A stretch of 64,000 bases of DNA from Candidatus Limivicinus sp. (GTDB lineage: Bacteria > Bacillota > Clostridia > Oscillospirales > Oscillospiraceae): assembly GCA_045599525.1 (NCBI GenBank), contig JAZRWD010000032.1:1633-65632 (forward strand), given 5' to 3'. Shown here piece by piece: positions 16,777 through 27,296 of this stretch (position 1 is its first letter; each line of letters begins with the position of its first letter). The notes beneath the pieces are model-generated. The model was given only the letters and a program-made list of their open reading frames with translations. It searched no databases and had not been told where the DNA came from. A program made the position numbers and the translations under genes.

Positions 16777-18870
16777 ATGAGTAACGTAACAGAAATTTTT
16801 GGATCTATGGTATTTAATGACGCCGTAATGCGTGAACGTCTTCCGAAAGACGTCTTCAAGCAGGTTCAGCGTTCGATTAACGATGGCAAGCGTCTTGATA
16901 GCTCTGCGGCAACTGTTGTTGCAAACGCCATGAAGGACTGGGCAATTGAAAAGGGTGCTACTCATTTCACGCACTGGTTCCAGCCGATGACCGGTATCAC
17001 TGCAGAAAAGCACGATAGCTTCATCTCCCCCACCGGAAACGGCAAAGTAATTATGGAGTTCAGCGGAAAAGAACTGATTCAGGGCGAACCGGACGCTTCC
17101 AGCTTCCCCTCCGGCGGCCTCCGTGCAACTTTTGAAGCAAGAGGCTATACCGCTTGGGACCCCACCTCATACGCATTCATTAAGGACAATGTGCTCTGTG
17201 TTCCCACTGCGTTCTGCTCCTACGGTGGTGAAGCTTTGGACAAGAAGACTCCGTTGCTTCGTTCCATGGAGGCCATCAACAAGCAGGCACTCCGCGTCCT
17301 GAAGCTTTTTGGAAATGCTGAGGTCACCTCTGTCAAAACGACTGTCGGTCCTGAGCAGGAATACTTTCTGGTTGATAAGAGCGTTTACGAGCAGCGCAAG
17401 GACCTTATTTTTACCGGTCGTACACTGTTTGGTGCCAAGCCCCCCAAAGGCCAGGAACTGGAAGACCATTATTTTGGTGTCATCAAAGACCGTGTTGCCG
17501 CTTTCATGCACGACCTGAACGAAGAGCTTTGGAAGCTAGGCGTTCTTGCTAAGACCGAGCACAATGAAGTCGCTCCTGCACAGCACGAGCTCGCTCCGAT
17601 ATTCAGCACCACCAACATCGCAACAGATCATAACCAGCTGACCATGGAACTGATGCAGAAGATTGCTAAGAAACATGGCATGTTCTGCCTCCTGCACGAA
17701 AAGCCCTTTGATGGTGTCAACGGTAGCGGCAAACACAACAACTGGTCCATGAGCACCAACACCGGAACAAACCTGCTGGAGCCGGGTGAAACTCCCTATG
17801 AAAATGCTCAGTTCCTTCTGTTCCTCTGCGCGGTTATCCAGGCTGTTGACGATTACCAGGATATGCTCCGCGTATCCGTCGCTTCTGCAGCGAACGACCA
17901 TCGTCTTGGTGCAAATGAAGCTCCTCCCGCTGTAATGTCTATGTATCTGGGCACTGAGCTCACCGAGATCCTCAATGCCATTGAGAACGACAGCCCGTAC
18001 GGCGGTAAGGAAAAGGAACTGATCCGTGTTGGCGTTCATGTGCTTCCAAAGTTCCCGAAGGATACCACCGACCGTAACCGTACCTCTCCGTTCGCATTTA
18101 CCGGCAACAAGTTCGAGTTCCGTATGCTGGGCTCCTCCGCATCGATTTCCGGTGCAAACGTTGTGCTGAACACCGCTGTTGCAGAGTCTCTCCGTCAGTA
18201 TGCAGACCGTCTGGAAGGCTCCACGAACTTTGAAGCTGATCTGCACGCACTGATCAAAGAGGTCATCCTCAAGCATAAGCGGATCGTATTTAACGGCAAC
18301 GGTTATGATGACGCCTGGATCGCCGAAGCAGAAAGCCGCGGACTTCTGAACATGAAGACCACTCCGGACTGCGTCCCGTGCTATATCGACCCCAAGAACA
18401 TTGCGCTGTTCACCTCTCACAAGATTTACACCGAGCCCGAGCTTCGTGCACGTTATGAAATCAAGCTGGAAGGCTACAGCAAGGTCATCCACATTGAAGC
18501 CCTGACTATGCTGGATATGATCTGGAAAGATATTCTTCCGGCAATCAGTGCCTATACCGCAACACTTAGCAACACTGTTCTCAGTAAGAAGGCTGTCAGT
18601 GAAGCTATCGACTGCAGCTTTGAGACGGATCTGCTGGAAAAGATCAGCGCTATGACCGCCGTGGCTGTCTCCAAGGCAAAGAAACTGGAAGAGGCTGTCA
18701 TGCAGGTAAAAGATATTTCCGACAGTCTGGAGCTTGCTCTGTTCTATAAGGATACCGTCCTTACCGCTATGAATGATCTGCGCATTACTGTAGACGAGAT
18801 TGAAACGATTACCGCTGCAGAATACTGGCCGTATCCCTCTTATGGCGACATTCTTTTCAGCGTAAAATAA
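16777..18870 (+). CDS. glnN: Glutamine synthetase type III
   Basis: ~697 aa. [29 protein letters not shown]...[22 protein letters not shown] and [10 protein letters not shown] are type III GS hallmarks. I place the start at the ATG at 16777 (AAGGGGA upstream), not the track GTG at 16735. Confidence 0.9.
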   Translation: MSNVTEIFGSMVFNDAVMRERLPKDVFKQVQRSINDGKRLDSSAATVVANAMKDWAIEKGATHFTHWFQPMTGITAEKHDSFISPTGNGKVIMEFSGKELIQGEPDASSFPSGGLRATFEARGYTAWDPTSYAFIKDNVLCVPTAFCSYGGEALDKKTPLLRSMEAINKQALRVLKLFGNAEVTSVKTTVGPEQEYFLVDKSVYEQRKDLIFTGRTLFGAKPPKGQELEDHYFGVIKDRVAAFMHDLNEELWKLGVLAKTEHNEVAPAQHELAPIFSTTNIATDHNQLTMELMQKIAKKHGMFCLLHEKPFDGVNGSGKHNNWSMSTNTGTNLLEPGETPYENAQFLLFLCAVIQAVDDYQDMLRVSVASAANDHRLGANEAPPAVMSMYLGTELTEILNAIENDSPYGGKEKELIRVGVHVLPKFPKDTTDRNRTSPFAFTGNKFEFRMLGSSASISGANVVLNTAVAESLRQYADRLEGSTNFEADLHALIKEVILKHKRIVFNGNGYDDAWIAEAESRGLLNMKTTPDCVPCYIDPKNIALFTSHKIYTEPELRARYEIKLEGYSKVIHIEALTMLDMIWKDILPAISAYTATLSNTVLSKKAVSEAIDCSFETDLLEKISAMTAVAVSKAKKLEEAVMQVKDISDSLELALFYKDTVLTAMNDLRITVDEIETITAAEYWPYPSYGDILFSVK

Positions 18871-18906
18871 TTCCCCCAAATCCAAAACAATTCAAAGATA
18901 CATCGA

Positions 18907-18940
18907 CCCCTGGGAATGAACAGTTGTTCATTCCCAGGGG
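18907..18940 (+). terminator. Hairpin terminator after glnN
   Basis: Perfect 16-bp stem CCCCTGGGAATGAACA / TGTTCATTCCCAGGGG, 37 nt after the stop. There is no clear U tract. Confidence 0.6.
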
Positions 18941-18971
18941 GCGATCTCGACAACTTTGTAGATGACTGAAC

Positions 18972-18998
18972 AGGGCCACCCCAGAACGAGGTGGCCCT
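18972..18998 (-). terminator. Hairpin after ispH-rpsA
   Basis: AGGGCCACC-N9-GGTGGCCCT, 20 nt downstream of the stop at 19019. The T tract is weak. Confidence 0.45.
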
Positions 18999-19018
18999 GA
19001 AAAGTTCAATTATGCGAA

Positions 19019-20980
19019 TTACTCTGCGTCTTCAGCTTCAGCTGCAGGCTCTGCGACAGCACGGATGGAGAGAGAGACCTTGTGGTTCTCTTCGTCAACA
19101 GCAGTGATCTTTGCATCGACAATCTGGCCAACGGTCAGTTCGTCTTCAGCCTTTGCAACGCGGTGGTCAGCAATCTGGGAGATGTGGATGAGACCATCAA
19201 CACCGGGCAGAATTTCTGCAAATGCACCAAAGGTCATGAACTTTACAACCTTAACGGAAGCAACATCGCCGACCTTGTAGGTGTTCATAAAGACGGACCA
19301 GGGATTGCCGTTAGGATCCTTGTGACCGAGGGAGATTCTGCGCTTTTCCTTATCGAAGTCAATAACATAGACTTCAATGGAATCACCAACAGAAACGACC
19401 TCAGAGGGCTGATGGATGCGGCCCCAAGACAGTTCGGAAACGTGAACCATGCCGTCGATACCACCAATGTCGACAAATGCGCCATAGGAAGTCAGGGACT
19501 TGACGGTGCCAACGTACTTCTTGCCAACTTCGATCTCGTTCCAGATGTTCTCACGCAGTGCAGCGCGCTCTGCACGGGCAACAGCACGGATAGAGCCAAC
19601 GATTCTCTTGCGAGCCTTATTGACTTCGGTGATCTTAAGCTTTGCAGCAGTCTTGATCAGAGTGTTCAGGTCAGCCTCACGGGGCAGATCAGTCTGGGAA
19701 GCGGGAACGAATACACGCAGGCCCTTAACATTGACAACAACGCCGCCCTTGTTAACTTCGGTGATGGTGCCTTCCATGATTGTGCCGTTTTCAACAGCTG
19801 CTTCAACATCGTTCCAAACCTTTGCTGCATCGAGACGCTTCTTAGAGAGCTGAGCGGTGCCTTCAACATCATTGACGCGGACAACAACTGCCTCGATGGT
19901 GTCGCCAAGCTTAACTGCATCTGCCAGAGCGGTGCCGTCGTCGGTGAACTCGGTGGTGGGGATGAAGCCGGAGTACTTGGTGCCAAGGTCAACACTGACT
20001 TCAGTGTTGGTGATAGCGACTACAACGCCGGTTACTTTGTCCCCGTTATATATAGTCTTAAGAGTCTCGTTGAGCATCTGCTCAAAAGACATTTCGGTTT
20101 CTTCTGCTGTGGTCTCTGCCACTTTGATTTCGTCACTCATTTTGTTTCTTACCTCCTTAATTATCCATGCCGGTGTTGACGCGCCGGCGGTCAGACCAAC
20201 GACCGCCGCATCAGAGAGTTCCGTCAGGTTAAGCTCCTCCGGTCTCTCGATGAACTGCACATTTTCACAATGCTCTGCACAAATATGAGCAAGATGAACA
20301 CTGTTTGCACTGTGCTTTCCGCCGATCACTACCATTGCATCACACTTAGCAGCCATACTGGCTGCCTCATGCTGGCGCATGGATGTAGCGTCACATATTG
20401 TATCAGATATTTTGGCATTTGTACATAATTTTTTTATGAATTCAGCACATTGCTTAAAATTTGCTTCTGTTTGTGTCGTTTGAACGACAACTGTAACAGG
20501 AACTTCACGCAATTGCGGATACGCAAGAGCAAACTCTTCCAGTTCTTGCCGATTTTGGACCACTTTATGGTTTTCCCCAGCCCATCCACAGATTGCGATT
20601 ACCTCCGGATGGCTCGCCATACCAACAATAATGATAAACCGTCCTTCATTCGCAGCATTGCTGACAATCTTGTGGATTGCCTTCACCCGCGGACAGGTTG
20701 CGTCCAGAACCACCGCGTTATTCGACTCCAGCTCCTGATAGACCGCGGGCCCGATTCCATGAGCACGGATCAAAACATGCTCCCCTGGCCTTGCTTCAGC
20801 CGGAGCATCAATGACCCGCATTCCCTTTGCACCGAGCAAATCAACTACATCGCGGTTGTGAATCAGTTCTCCCAGGCTGCAGCAGCTGCCTTCCTTCTCC
20901 AGAAGCTCCTCGGCCATTTTCACTGAGCGGCTAACACCAAAGCAAAAGCCTGCACTCTCCGCAAGAATGACTTTCTTCAT
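19019..20980 (-). CDS. ispH: Bifunctional 4-hydroxy-3-methylbut-2-enyl diphosphate reductase (IspH/LytB) fused to ribosomal protein S1 repeats
   Basis: The N-terminal ~280 aa (MKKVILAESAGFCFGVSRSV...) are IspH. The C-terminal ~370 aa carry four S1 domains (e.g. GTVKSLTSYGAFVDIGGIDGMVHVSELS). This fusion is common in Clostridia. Confidence 0.9.
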   Translation of the reverse strand: MKKVILAESAGFCFGVSRSVKMAEELLEKEGSCCSLGELIHNRDVVDLLGAKGMRVIDAPAEARPGEHVLIRAHGIGPAVYQELESNNAVVLDATCPRVKAIHKIVSNAANEGRFIIIVGMASHPEVIAICGWAGENHKVVQNRQELEEFALAYPQLREVPVTVVVQTTQTEANFKQCAEFIKKLCTNAKISDTICDATSMRQHEAASMAAKCDAMVVIGGKHSANSVHLAHICAEHCENVQFIERPEELNLTELSDAAVVGLTAGASTPAWIIKEVRNKMSDEIKVAETTAEETEMSFEQMLNETLKTIYNGDKVTGVVVAITNTEVSVDLGTKYSGFIPTTEFTDDGTALADAVKLGDTIEAVVVRVNDVEGTAQLSKKRLDAAKVWNDVEAAVENGTIMEGTITEVNKGGVVVNVKGLRVFVPASQTDLPREADLNTLIKTAAKLKITEVNKARKRIVGSIRAVARAERAALRENIWNEIEVGKKYVGTVKSLTSYGAFVDIGGIDGMVHVSELSWGRIHQPSEVVSVGDSIEVYVIDFDKEKRRISLGHKDPNGNPWSVFMNTYKVGDVASVKVVKFMTFGAFAEILPGVDGLIHISQIADHRVAKAEDELTVGQIVDAKITAVDEENHKVSLSIRAVAEPAAEAEDAE

Positions 20981-21666
20981 TTTCTGCTCCCCTGCCGCTC
21001 AGCGGTTAATTTCAGGATTACCTCCAGTTCATCTTCGAAGGATAAAATGCTGTTGTCTACTGATACAGCGTCTTCAGCAGCACGCAGAGGTGCTGCAGCT
21101 CTCTCGGAATCCTGTTTATCCCGATACTGAATATCCCGCAGAACGTTATCATAGTCAGCCTGAATGCCCTTTTCCTGCAGTTCCTTCTGTCTCCGTTCAG
21201 CTCTCGCCTCTGCAGAGGCAGAGAGGAAAATCTTCAGGTCTGCCTGAGGGAGTACGACTGTACCAATATCCCGGCCATCCATGATGACGGAGTTCTCCTC
21301 TGCCATTTTTCTCTGCATCTGCAAAAGGAATTCCCTTACTACCGGAAGCGCTGCCACATCAGAAGCGCAGATTGAAATCTCAGGAAACCGAATCTGCTCT
21401 GATACATCCTCACCGTTTAGGAGCATTCGCTGCTCTCCGGCCGCATTGTAGCACATCCGGATGTCCAGATTCGGTAGCAATGCCTTCACTGCTGCTTCAT
21501 CCTTGCGGTCGACTCCTTGCCGGTATGCTGCAAGACCAACGGTACGATAAATGGCTCCGGTATCTACATAGATAAAACCCAAACGCGCAGCTACTGCCCT
21601 GGCAATGCTGCTCTTTCCCGCCCCCGACGGGCCGTCGATTGCAATGGAAAACGGTTTATTCTTCAT
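20977..21666 (-). CDS. cmk: Cytidylate kinase
   Basis: MKNKPFSIAIDGPSGAGKSSIARAVAARLGFIYVDTGAIYR. The ATG at 21666 is preferred over the track start at 21756. There is a 4-nt overlap with ispH and an 11-nt overlap with the upstream gene. Confidence 0.9.
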   Translation of the reverse strand: MKNKPFSIAIDGPSGAGKSSIARAVAARLGFIYVDTGAIYRTVGLAAYRQGVDRKDEAAVKALLPNLDIRMCYNAAGEQRMLLNGEDVSEQIRFPEISICASDVAALPVVREFLLQMQRKMAEENSVIMDGRDIGTVVLPQADLKIFLSASAEARAERRQKELQEKGIQADYDNVLRDIQYRDKQDSERAAAPLRAAEDAVSVDNSILSFEDELEVILKLTAERQGSRK

Positions 21667-22909
21667 CCTGATCCATCCTTTCCGGCACAGAATTACCTGC
21701 CAGGCGGCCGGTCGCCCACGCAATCTGCAGATTAAATCCGCCCGTATAAGCGTCAAGGTTTAACACCTCGCCGGCAAAATACAGTCCTTGCAATAGCTTC
21801 GATTCCATAGTCCGCGGATTGACCTCTGCTGTGTTCACACCGCCGGCCGTGATGATTGCTTCATCAATGGGACGGAAGCCATCAATACGAATAGGAAATG
21901 CTTTCAGTGTATGCAGCAGTCTCATCCGTTGCTCCCGGGTAAGGGAGTTGACATTCGTTTCCGGAGGAACCTCGGAAACCTGCAGCACCGGGCTGACCAT
22001 CGAGCTTAGGAGAAGGTCTCCCAATGCATTTTTGATTTCTCGGTTCGCATATTTTTGAAAATCTCGCAGAAGACGGGCATCCAACTTTTTCTCATCCAGC
22101 CCGGGTTTCAAATCCAGCTCCAGCCTGTATTCTGCCCTTCCCAGATTACGAATATGTGCACTCGCGGACAGCACCAAGGGGCCACTGACCCCAAAGTGCG
22201 TGAAGAGCATTTCACCAAGCTGCGAATAGATTTTTTTATTATCTTCAAACAAGGTAAGTGTCACGTTCTTCAGAGAGAGTCCCTGCATTTCCGCACAATA
22301 CCCGTCGGGGCTGATCAACGGGACAAGCGATGCCCGCGGATGGATCACGGAATGACCATAGGTTTTGGCAAAACGGTATCCGTCGCCTGTAGAGCCTGTC
22401 TTCGGATAAGAAAGGCCGCCTGTACATACAGCCACAGATGACGCCCGAACACTTCCATTCTCTGTTTTCAGACCGGTTACGGCTCCGTTCTCTGCCGTGA
22501 GGGCAATTGCCTTTTCATGGACAATTTCAACCCCTGACTCTTTCAGCTGACGCTCCAGCAAAACAGCAACATCATTCGCATTATCCGATACCGGAAATAC
22601 TCGGTTTCCCCGCTCTGTTTTCAGGGGAAGCCCGTTGTCCTCAAAGAAATGCATAACATCTTCCGGCGTGAAACGACTGAGTGCACTATATAAAAACCGT
22701 CCGTCACCGGGAATGTTTTCAATTACTGTTTTTACCGGACAATTGTTCGTAACATTGCAGCGACCTTTTCCTGTCAGGCGCAGTTTCCAGCCCAGGCGAT
22801 AGTTCGGTTCCAACAGCACAACATTTAATCCGCGCTGTCCGGCTGTCAGTGCACACATCATTCCGGCAGCACCACCGCCGATTACCGCCAGGTCATAGTT
22901 TTTCTTCAT
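21656..22909 (-). CDS. HI0933/BaiN-like NAD(P)/FAD-dependent oxidoreductase
   Basis: 417 aa. YDLAVIGGGAAGMMCA dinucleotide fold, GKGRCNVTN, and C-terminal GLYFAGEVLNLDAYTGGFNLQ. Confidence 0.85.
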   Translation of the reverse strand: MKKNYDLAVIGGGAAGMMCALTAGQRGLNVVLLEPNYRLGWKLRLTGKGRCNVTNNCPVKTVIENIPGDGRFLYSALSRFTPEDVMHFFEDNGLPLKTERGNRVFPVSDNANDVAVLLERQLKESGVEIVHEKAIALTAENGAVTGLKTENGSVRASSVAVCTGGLSYPKTGSTGDGYRFAKTYGHSVIHPRASLVPLISPDGYCAEMQGLSLKNVTLTLFEDNKKIYSQLGEMLFTHFGVSGPLVLSASAHIRNLGRAEYRLELDLKPGLDEKKLDARLLRDFQKYANREIKNALGDLLLSSMVSPVLQVSEVPPETNVNSLTREQRMRLLHTLKAFPIRIDGFRPIDEAIITAGGVNTAEVNPRTMESKLLQGLYFAGEVLNLDAYTGGFNLQIAWATGRLAGNSVPERMDQDEE

Positions 22910-22924
22910 AACTGTATTTTTTCC

Positions 22925-23635
22925 TTATCGGCTCAATAATTCCTGTATTTCCTCTTCTGTCAGATGACGCCAGTGCCCGCTAGGCAAATTGCCCAGCTCC
23001 AGCCCGCCTTCGCGGATACGTACCAGCCGGTCAACATGAAGTCCTGCAAGCTCGCACAGGCGTCTTACCTGACGGTTACGTCCTTCCGAGATCGTAATAT
23101 GCAAGACGGCAGATGTTCCGCAGTTGTCCACAATCTCTACCCTTGCAGGTCTTATCGGCTGCCCGTCTAGCTCTGCAACAGACTGCAGCACCCGTACAGC
23201 ATGCGGTATACCGTTCCCACTCACTGTCGTTTCGTATACCTTGCTCAACCCGTGCGATGGATGCATTACCAGATTGGCAAACTCACCATCGTTCGTCATC
23301 AGTAAAAGTCCCTCAGAAAACATATCCAGGCGTCCTACGGGATATATGCGGGTCTGCAGGCTTTCGGTCAGCTCTGTAACATCTTTACGGCCTTTTTCAT
23401 CCTGAAGAGTAGTAACATATCCTGCTGGCTTATTCAGCATTATATAAACCTTTTTTGTCCCTGTATGGATTGGTTTTCCGTCTACCTCTATTGTATCCCG
23501 CTCCGGGTCTGCCTTTGCACCAAGCTCGCAGACAGACCCGTTGACCTTTACGCAGCCCATACGGATTTTTTCCTCTGCTGCTCTTCGGGACATCAGCCCT
23601 GCCGCTGACAGTATTTTCTGAATGCGTTCTTCCAT
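22925..23635 (-). CDS. rluB: Pseudouridine synthase, RsuA/RluB family with an S4 domain
   Basis: MEERIQKILSAAGLMSRRAAEEKI (S4 domain), YIMLNKPAGYVTT, and PVGRLDMFSEGLLLMTNDGE (catalytic Asp). Confidence 0.85.
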   Translation of the reverse strand: MEERIQKILSAAGLMSRRAAEEKIRMGCVKVNGSVCELGAKADPERDTIEVDGKPIHTGTKKVYIMLNKPAGYVTTLQDEKGRKDVTELTESLQTRIYPVGRLDMFSEGLLLMTNDGEFANLVMHPSHGLSKVYETTVSGNGIPHAVRVLQSVAELDGQPIRPARVEIVDNCGTSAVLHITISEGRNRQVRRLCELAGLHVDRLVRIREGGLELGNLPSGHWRHLTEEEIQELLSR

Positions 23636-23702
23636 GCTGCTCCGTTCTCTGCTTTTTTTTGCTCTTCGGCGGGCTTACCGGTTTCCGGACAAATATGGGC
23701 AT

Positions 23703-23779
23703 CATATACAATAAGCACCATCCGCGAGCGGACAGTGCTTATTGTATATGAAACCCGGTAAAAATTCAACCTTTTACCG
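23703..23779 (-). terminator. Two hairpins downstream of ytfJ, the first a perfect 16-bp palindrome
   Basis: CATATACAATAAGCAC (23703-23718) pairs with GTGCTTATTGTATATG (23735-23750). A second hairpin is CGGTAAAA (23756-23763) / TTTTACCG (23772-23779), 10 nt after the stop. Confidence 0.55.
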
Positions 23780-23789
23780 TTGAAGTATA

Positions 23790-24179
23790 TTAATCCTGTT
23801 TTTTCTGCTTATCGATGAAGGCATCCACGCGGTCGATCACCTGAGGAACCAGGTCGATAATACGATCAACCGTGTTATTGGCCGGAGGAGTAACATTTAC
23901 CATGCGAATTGTTCCATCTTTGATGACAAGAAATCCTATCGGTTCAATTTTTACGCCGGTAGCATTACCCCCGCCATAAGGACGTTGTTCACCGATTTTC
24001 TTGGTATTCAGTTCAATGCCGCCACCGCCAAAACCAACACTGATTTTGGAGATTGGTACCAATGTGATCCCGTCCGGAGTAACAATAGGGTCACCAACGA
24101 CAGTATCGACCTTCAGGATATTTTTGACATTTTCCATCGTTGTCTGCATCAGTTCGCCGATTGGATTGTTGTTTTCCAT
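23790..24179 (-). CDS. ytfJ: Sporulation protein YtfJ (GerW family)
   Basis: MENNNPIGELMQTTMENVKNILKVDTVVGDPIVTPDGITLVPISKISVGFGGGG. The ATG at 24179 with AAAGGA is preferred over the track TTG at 24212. Confidence 0.8.
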   Translation of the reverse strand: MENNNPIGELMQTTMENVKNILKVDTVVGDPIVTPDGITLVPISKISVGFGGGGIELNTKKIGEQRPYGGGNATGVKIEPIGFLVIKDGTIRMVNVTPPANNTVDRIIDLVPQVIDRVDAFIDKQKKQD

Positions 24180-24215
24180 AGTTGTTATCCTTTCAAAAGA
24201 AAAACTTATCAATAA

Positions 24216-25085
24216 TTATTCTTTTTCTGCCTTTGTTTTCGCTTCTTCCAGCGAACTTCTGGTAATCGGGGCCATCTCAGCAGCCTCTTTTTCGGCTGCC
24301 AGGCGCGCTGCCTCTGCTTCTTCAGCGGCAATCTGTGCCGCCTCGGCCTTTCCGGCTGCCGTATATTTTAGCCAGAGTCGGTGCTTTATCACACGCACCC
24401 TGTTTCGAATCAGTACCCCTAATACACCAGACACGATTGAGTTCAGAACGCCGAAAATCTGTCCGATGCGAATGCTCAACGCAAGGCCGAAATCTACCTG
24501 CAGCTCCTCGGACATAAAGTCTACATCGGTCCTGACCTCGCATTCCTTTACGTGAAAGCTTTCATTACAAACCGGGCCGAGCGCCGACAGGAACGCATTG
24601 ACCGTTCCGAACGTTTTTGCTGTAACATAGGGGTCGGAACCGCCAACCACCAGGTCCAGCTTAAAACGGTCGACCTGCAGTCTGTGAAATTTTCCCAGCC
24701 CGTGGAAAACCTTTTTTACTATACTAAGTAATTCCTCCAGCGTTAAGTCCAGCGGAAGTCCTTTCTTTTTGCCGGGAGAATTCTTGCCTTGTTTATCTCC
24801 TTTATTTCCAGTTCTCGCTGCCTTTCTGGCGGCCTTTTCCGCTTTTTTGGCATCCTTTTTGGCTTGCTTCTGCCTTCTTTTTTCCTCTCGTTTCTGCCGC
24901 TTTTCACGCTGCTCTTCCGTTTCCGGCGGAGCCGGAGCCTTCGGAAACAGCTTGATTAGAACGCCGCAGGCCTTTGCCGACACGGTGAGCTCGCCCTGTT
25001 CAAACGCAATATCCGCACCAACAGGAATACAGGCTATCAGGAAAATGATTAATGCGAGGACGCCCAGTATAATCCAGGCAATCAA
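24216..25085 (-). CDS. DUF2953/YtfI-like sporulation membrane protein with a highly charged K/R/E insert
   Basis: N-terminal TM helix MIAWIILGVLALIIFLIACIP. Its position immediately upstream of ytfJ matches the B. subtilis ytfI-ytfJ arrangement. The insert reads EEQREKRQKREEKRRQKQAKKDAKKAEKAARKAAR. Confidence 0.6.
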   Translation of the reverse strand: MIAWIILGVLALIIFLIACIPVGADIAFEQGELTVSAKACGVLIKLFPKAPAPPETEEQREKRQKREEKRRQKQAKKDAKKAEKAARKAARTGNKGDKQGKNSPGKKKGLPLDLTLEELLSIVKKVFHGLGKFHRLQVDRFKLDLVVGGSDPYVTAKTFGTVNAFLSALGPVCNESFHVKECEVRTDVDFMSEELQVDFGLALSIRIGQIFGVLNSIVSGVLGVLIRNRVRVIKHRLWLKYTAAGKAEAAQIAAEEAEAARLAAEKEAAEMAPITRSSLEEAKTKAEKE

Positions 25086-25091
25086 CCAACA

Positions 25092-25706
25092 TCACCCCTC
25101 ACTTTGTTCTTCCACTTCCGCAATGTCTATCTGTCCGCCGTCCTTCTCTGCTTTCTGCAAAGCTTCTATGGTCTTCCTCAGCTTATCGATGCCCTCGTTG
25201 CTATCCAGCGGAGGCAGTTCCGGCAGTTCTTCCACGGAACCAATCCCCAAGGTTCGTAGGAAAACATCCGTCGTTGCGAACAACGTCGGCCGTCCGGGTG
25301 CATCAAGCTTCCCGCAAGGGGTAATTAATTTTTTTTCCGTCAAAAGGGAGACGGTATATCCGCTGTCAACACCACGTACCCGATCAATATATGCCCGGGT
25401 AACCGGCTGAAAATAAGCGACCACAGCCAGCGTTTCTAATGCAGCCTGTGAAAGCATCGGTGGCTTCCGAGTCTCCAGGGTTTTGGAGATGATCGATGCA
25501 TATTCGGAGGCCGAACACATCTGAAGCTTCCCGTTGAACTTAAGTACGCGCATTCCGCGTTTTTCTGCTTCATAGCGGTAAATCAATTGTTCTGCCGCCT
25601 GTTCAATTTCTTTTTCTGAGGCATCCAGTACCAAGGAAAGGCGCTTCATTGGCACACTATCACCTGCTGCAAACAAAATTGCCTCAATAGCTGATAAAAT
25701 ATCCAT
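25092..25706 (-). CDS. scpB: Segregation and condensation protein B
   Basis: MDILSAIEAILFAAGDSVPMKRL...LSQAALETLAVVAYFQPVTRAYIDRVRGVDS. Confidence 0.9.
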   Translation of the reverse strand: MDILSAIEAILFAAGDSVPMKRLSLVLDASEKEIEQAAEQLIYRYEAEKRGMRVLKFNGKLQMCSASEYASIISKTLETRKPPMLSQAALETLAVVAYFQPVTRAYIDRVRGVDSGYTVSLLTEKKLITPCGKLDAPGRPTLFATTDVFLRTLGIGSVEELPELPPLDSNEGIDKLRKTIEALQKAEKDGGQIDIAEVEEQSEG

Positions 25707-25711
25707 ATTTC

Positions 25712-26497
25712 TTACTGATAATCGATTTTTTCCAGTACTTCTTCGGCTTCCGCGTTCATCAGATTTACCAGAAGGTTCTCCCCGTCGCTAATCAGACTGA
25801 CAATGCCTCCGGAACACAATTCCAGTACAGAGACAAAAGTCGCAATAAGCTCAGAGCGCGAGCCGCAGCTGCTATATAGTTTTTCCAGCGGAACAGCACC
25901 TTTCTTCAAGCACTCAAGTAGCTGTTGACTTTTTGTCCGGATGCTGTAGATGATCCTATGCGGAATCGCAAGTTGCATAGCTGAAAGGTCCGGCACCGCG
26001 TGGGGTGTAGAATAAATATTTAGAAGTGCAGCCAGTAGCTCCGAAGCGGTATGCTCATAGGTATATTCCGTGTCTTGCTTTGGCAAAGGCTCCGGCAGCT
26101 TTTCATAATAATACATACCGGTTTCCGCCGCAGTCTTCAGCTGCGGAACAACACCCTTGATTTGGATGCTCACCTCTCCTGCTTTCAGCTGTTCCAGAGA
26201 CTCCAGGAGGGCTTCAAGTTCGCTGACTTCTTTGTCGCCTGCAAGCAGGGTCTTTGTTTTTATATACAGCAGATGGGAAGCCATCTGCACGAATTCGCTG
26301 GCGATCTCCAGATCCATTTCCTTCATCTGCTCGATGTAGGCCAGATACTGGTCCAGAATCTCCGCAATTTTCAGGTCACGGATTTCAATTTTATCTTTTG
26401 CCAACAGCATCAGGATCAGACTCAGTGGCCCCTCAAAATTGACCAGCTCGTCCTTTTCCTTCACTACATTTTCCAGAAAATAGCTTGGGTTTTCCAT
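25712..26497 (-). CDS. scpA: Segregation and condensation protein A
   Basis: 261 aa. FEGPLSLILMLLAKDKIEIRDLKIAEILDQYL. It lies directly upstream of scpB. Confidence 0.85.
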   Translation of the reverse strand: MENPSYFLENVVKEKDELVNFEGPLSLILMLLAKDKIEIRDLKIAEILDQYLAYIEQMKEMDLEIASEFVQMASHLLYIKTKTLLAGDKEVSELEALLESLEQLKAGEVSIQIKGVVPQLKTAAETGMYYYEKLPEPLPKQDTEYTYEHTASELLAALLNIYSTPHAVPDLSAMQLAIPHRIIYSIRTKSQQLLECLKKGAVPLEKLYSSCGSRSELIATFVSVLELCSGGIVSLISDGENLLVNLMNAEAEEVLEKIDYQ

Positions 26498-26518
26498 ATG
26501 GTGTCATCCATTCCGCAT

Positions 26519-27208
26519 TTAGCGGTAAAACATCATTCCAACAAGTTCAAAAGAACTCTGTGCAATCACCATCAGTTTGTCAAAGGCAAACCGGATTGCC
26601 GAGGATAAGGGGGCGCTCAGCACCCCGGAAGCAAAAAGTGCAAAAAACAGAATGCCAAAGTACTGCTCATAGCGCATCAGTTTTCCGTAGCTTCGGTTAT
26701 CCAGCAAGGAGAACACGATCTTCGACCCATCCAAGGGCGGAAAGGGAATCAGATTAAACAGGCAGAGGCCAAGACTCATATATGCCGTCAGCATAAGCAT
26801 TTCCAGCACAAAACTGCCTGCTGTCGTATTATACAGCGGCAGATACAGTGCGCCGTACAAAAAAAGGAAAACAATGGTAATCAGCAGATTGCATAAAGGC
26901 CCTGCCAGAGCAGTAACGGCCATCCCGCGTTTTGGATTTTTGAAGCGGTACATGTTAATCGGCACAGGCTTTGCCCAGCCAACACGAAACACAACCATCA
27001 TCAGCAGGCCCATAATATCGATGTGCCGGATTGGGTTCAATGTCAAACGTCCCCTGTCCTTTGCTGTTGTGTCCCCCAGGAGATATGCACACAGACCATG
27101 GCTCACCTCATGCAGGGTAATACAGAACAACGCAGGAACTATTCTCTCCAGAAGTTGAAATAGAGAGGAGAAGTCAAAGCCCTGCCAAATCTCCTGCAAA
27201 ATGCTCAT
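26519..27208 (-). CDS. Site-2 protease family (peptidase M50) membrane protein
   Basis: HEVSHG zinc motif in TM1, and NLIPFPPLDGSKI. The ATG at 27208 (AAGGGAGAA upstream) is preferred over the track start. Confidence 0.8.
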   Translation of the reverse strand: MSILQEIWQGFDFSSLFQLLERIVPALFCITLHEVSHGLCAYLLGDTTAKDRGRLTLNPIRHIDIMGLLMMVVFRVGWAKPVPINMYRFKNPKRGMAVTALAGPLCNLLITIVFLFLYGALYLPLYNTTAGSFVLEMLMLTAYMSLGLCLFNLIPFPPLDGSKIVFSLLDNRSYGKLMRYEQYFGILFFALFASGVLSAPLSSAIRFAFDKLMVIAQSSFELVGMMFYR

Positions 27209-27296
27209 AACTTCTCCCTTCGTTTCCGATAAATTAAATTGTAACAAACATTTCCGGCAATTGCAAGTCGTATCGGTTCAGAGTGTCGTTATACAC

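Noticed and set aside
17536-18885. 449-aa minus-strand ORF inside glnN
   Set aside because: It is antisense to the type III GS gene, whose protein matches the family along its full length. It has no independent start signals.
19082-20179. 365-aa plus-strand ORF, with neighbouring ones, inside ispH-rpsA
   Set aside because: It is antisense to the S1-repeat region, and its low-complexity translation mirrors the repeat structure of the real gene.
19019-20980. IspH-S1 fusion as a novelty
   Set aside because: The fusion is real in the sequence, but as far as I know it is a widespread and already annotated architecture in Clostridia.
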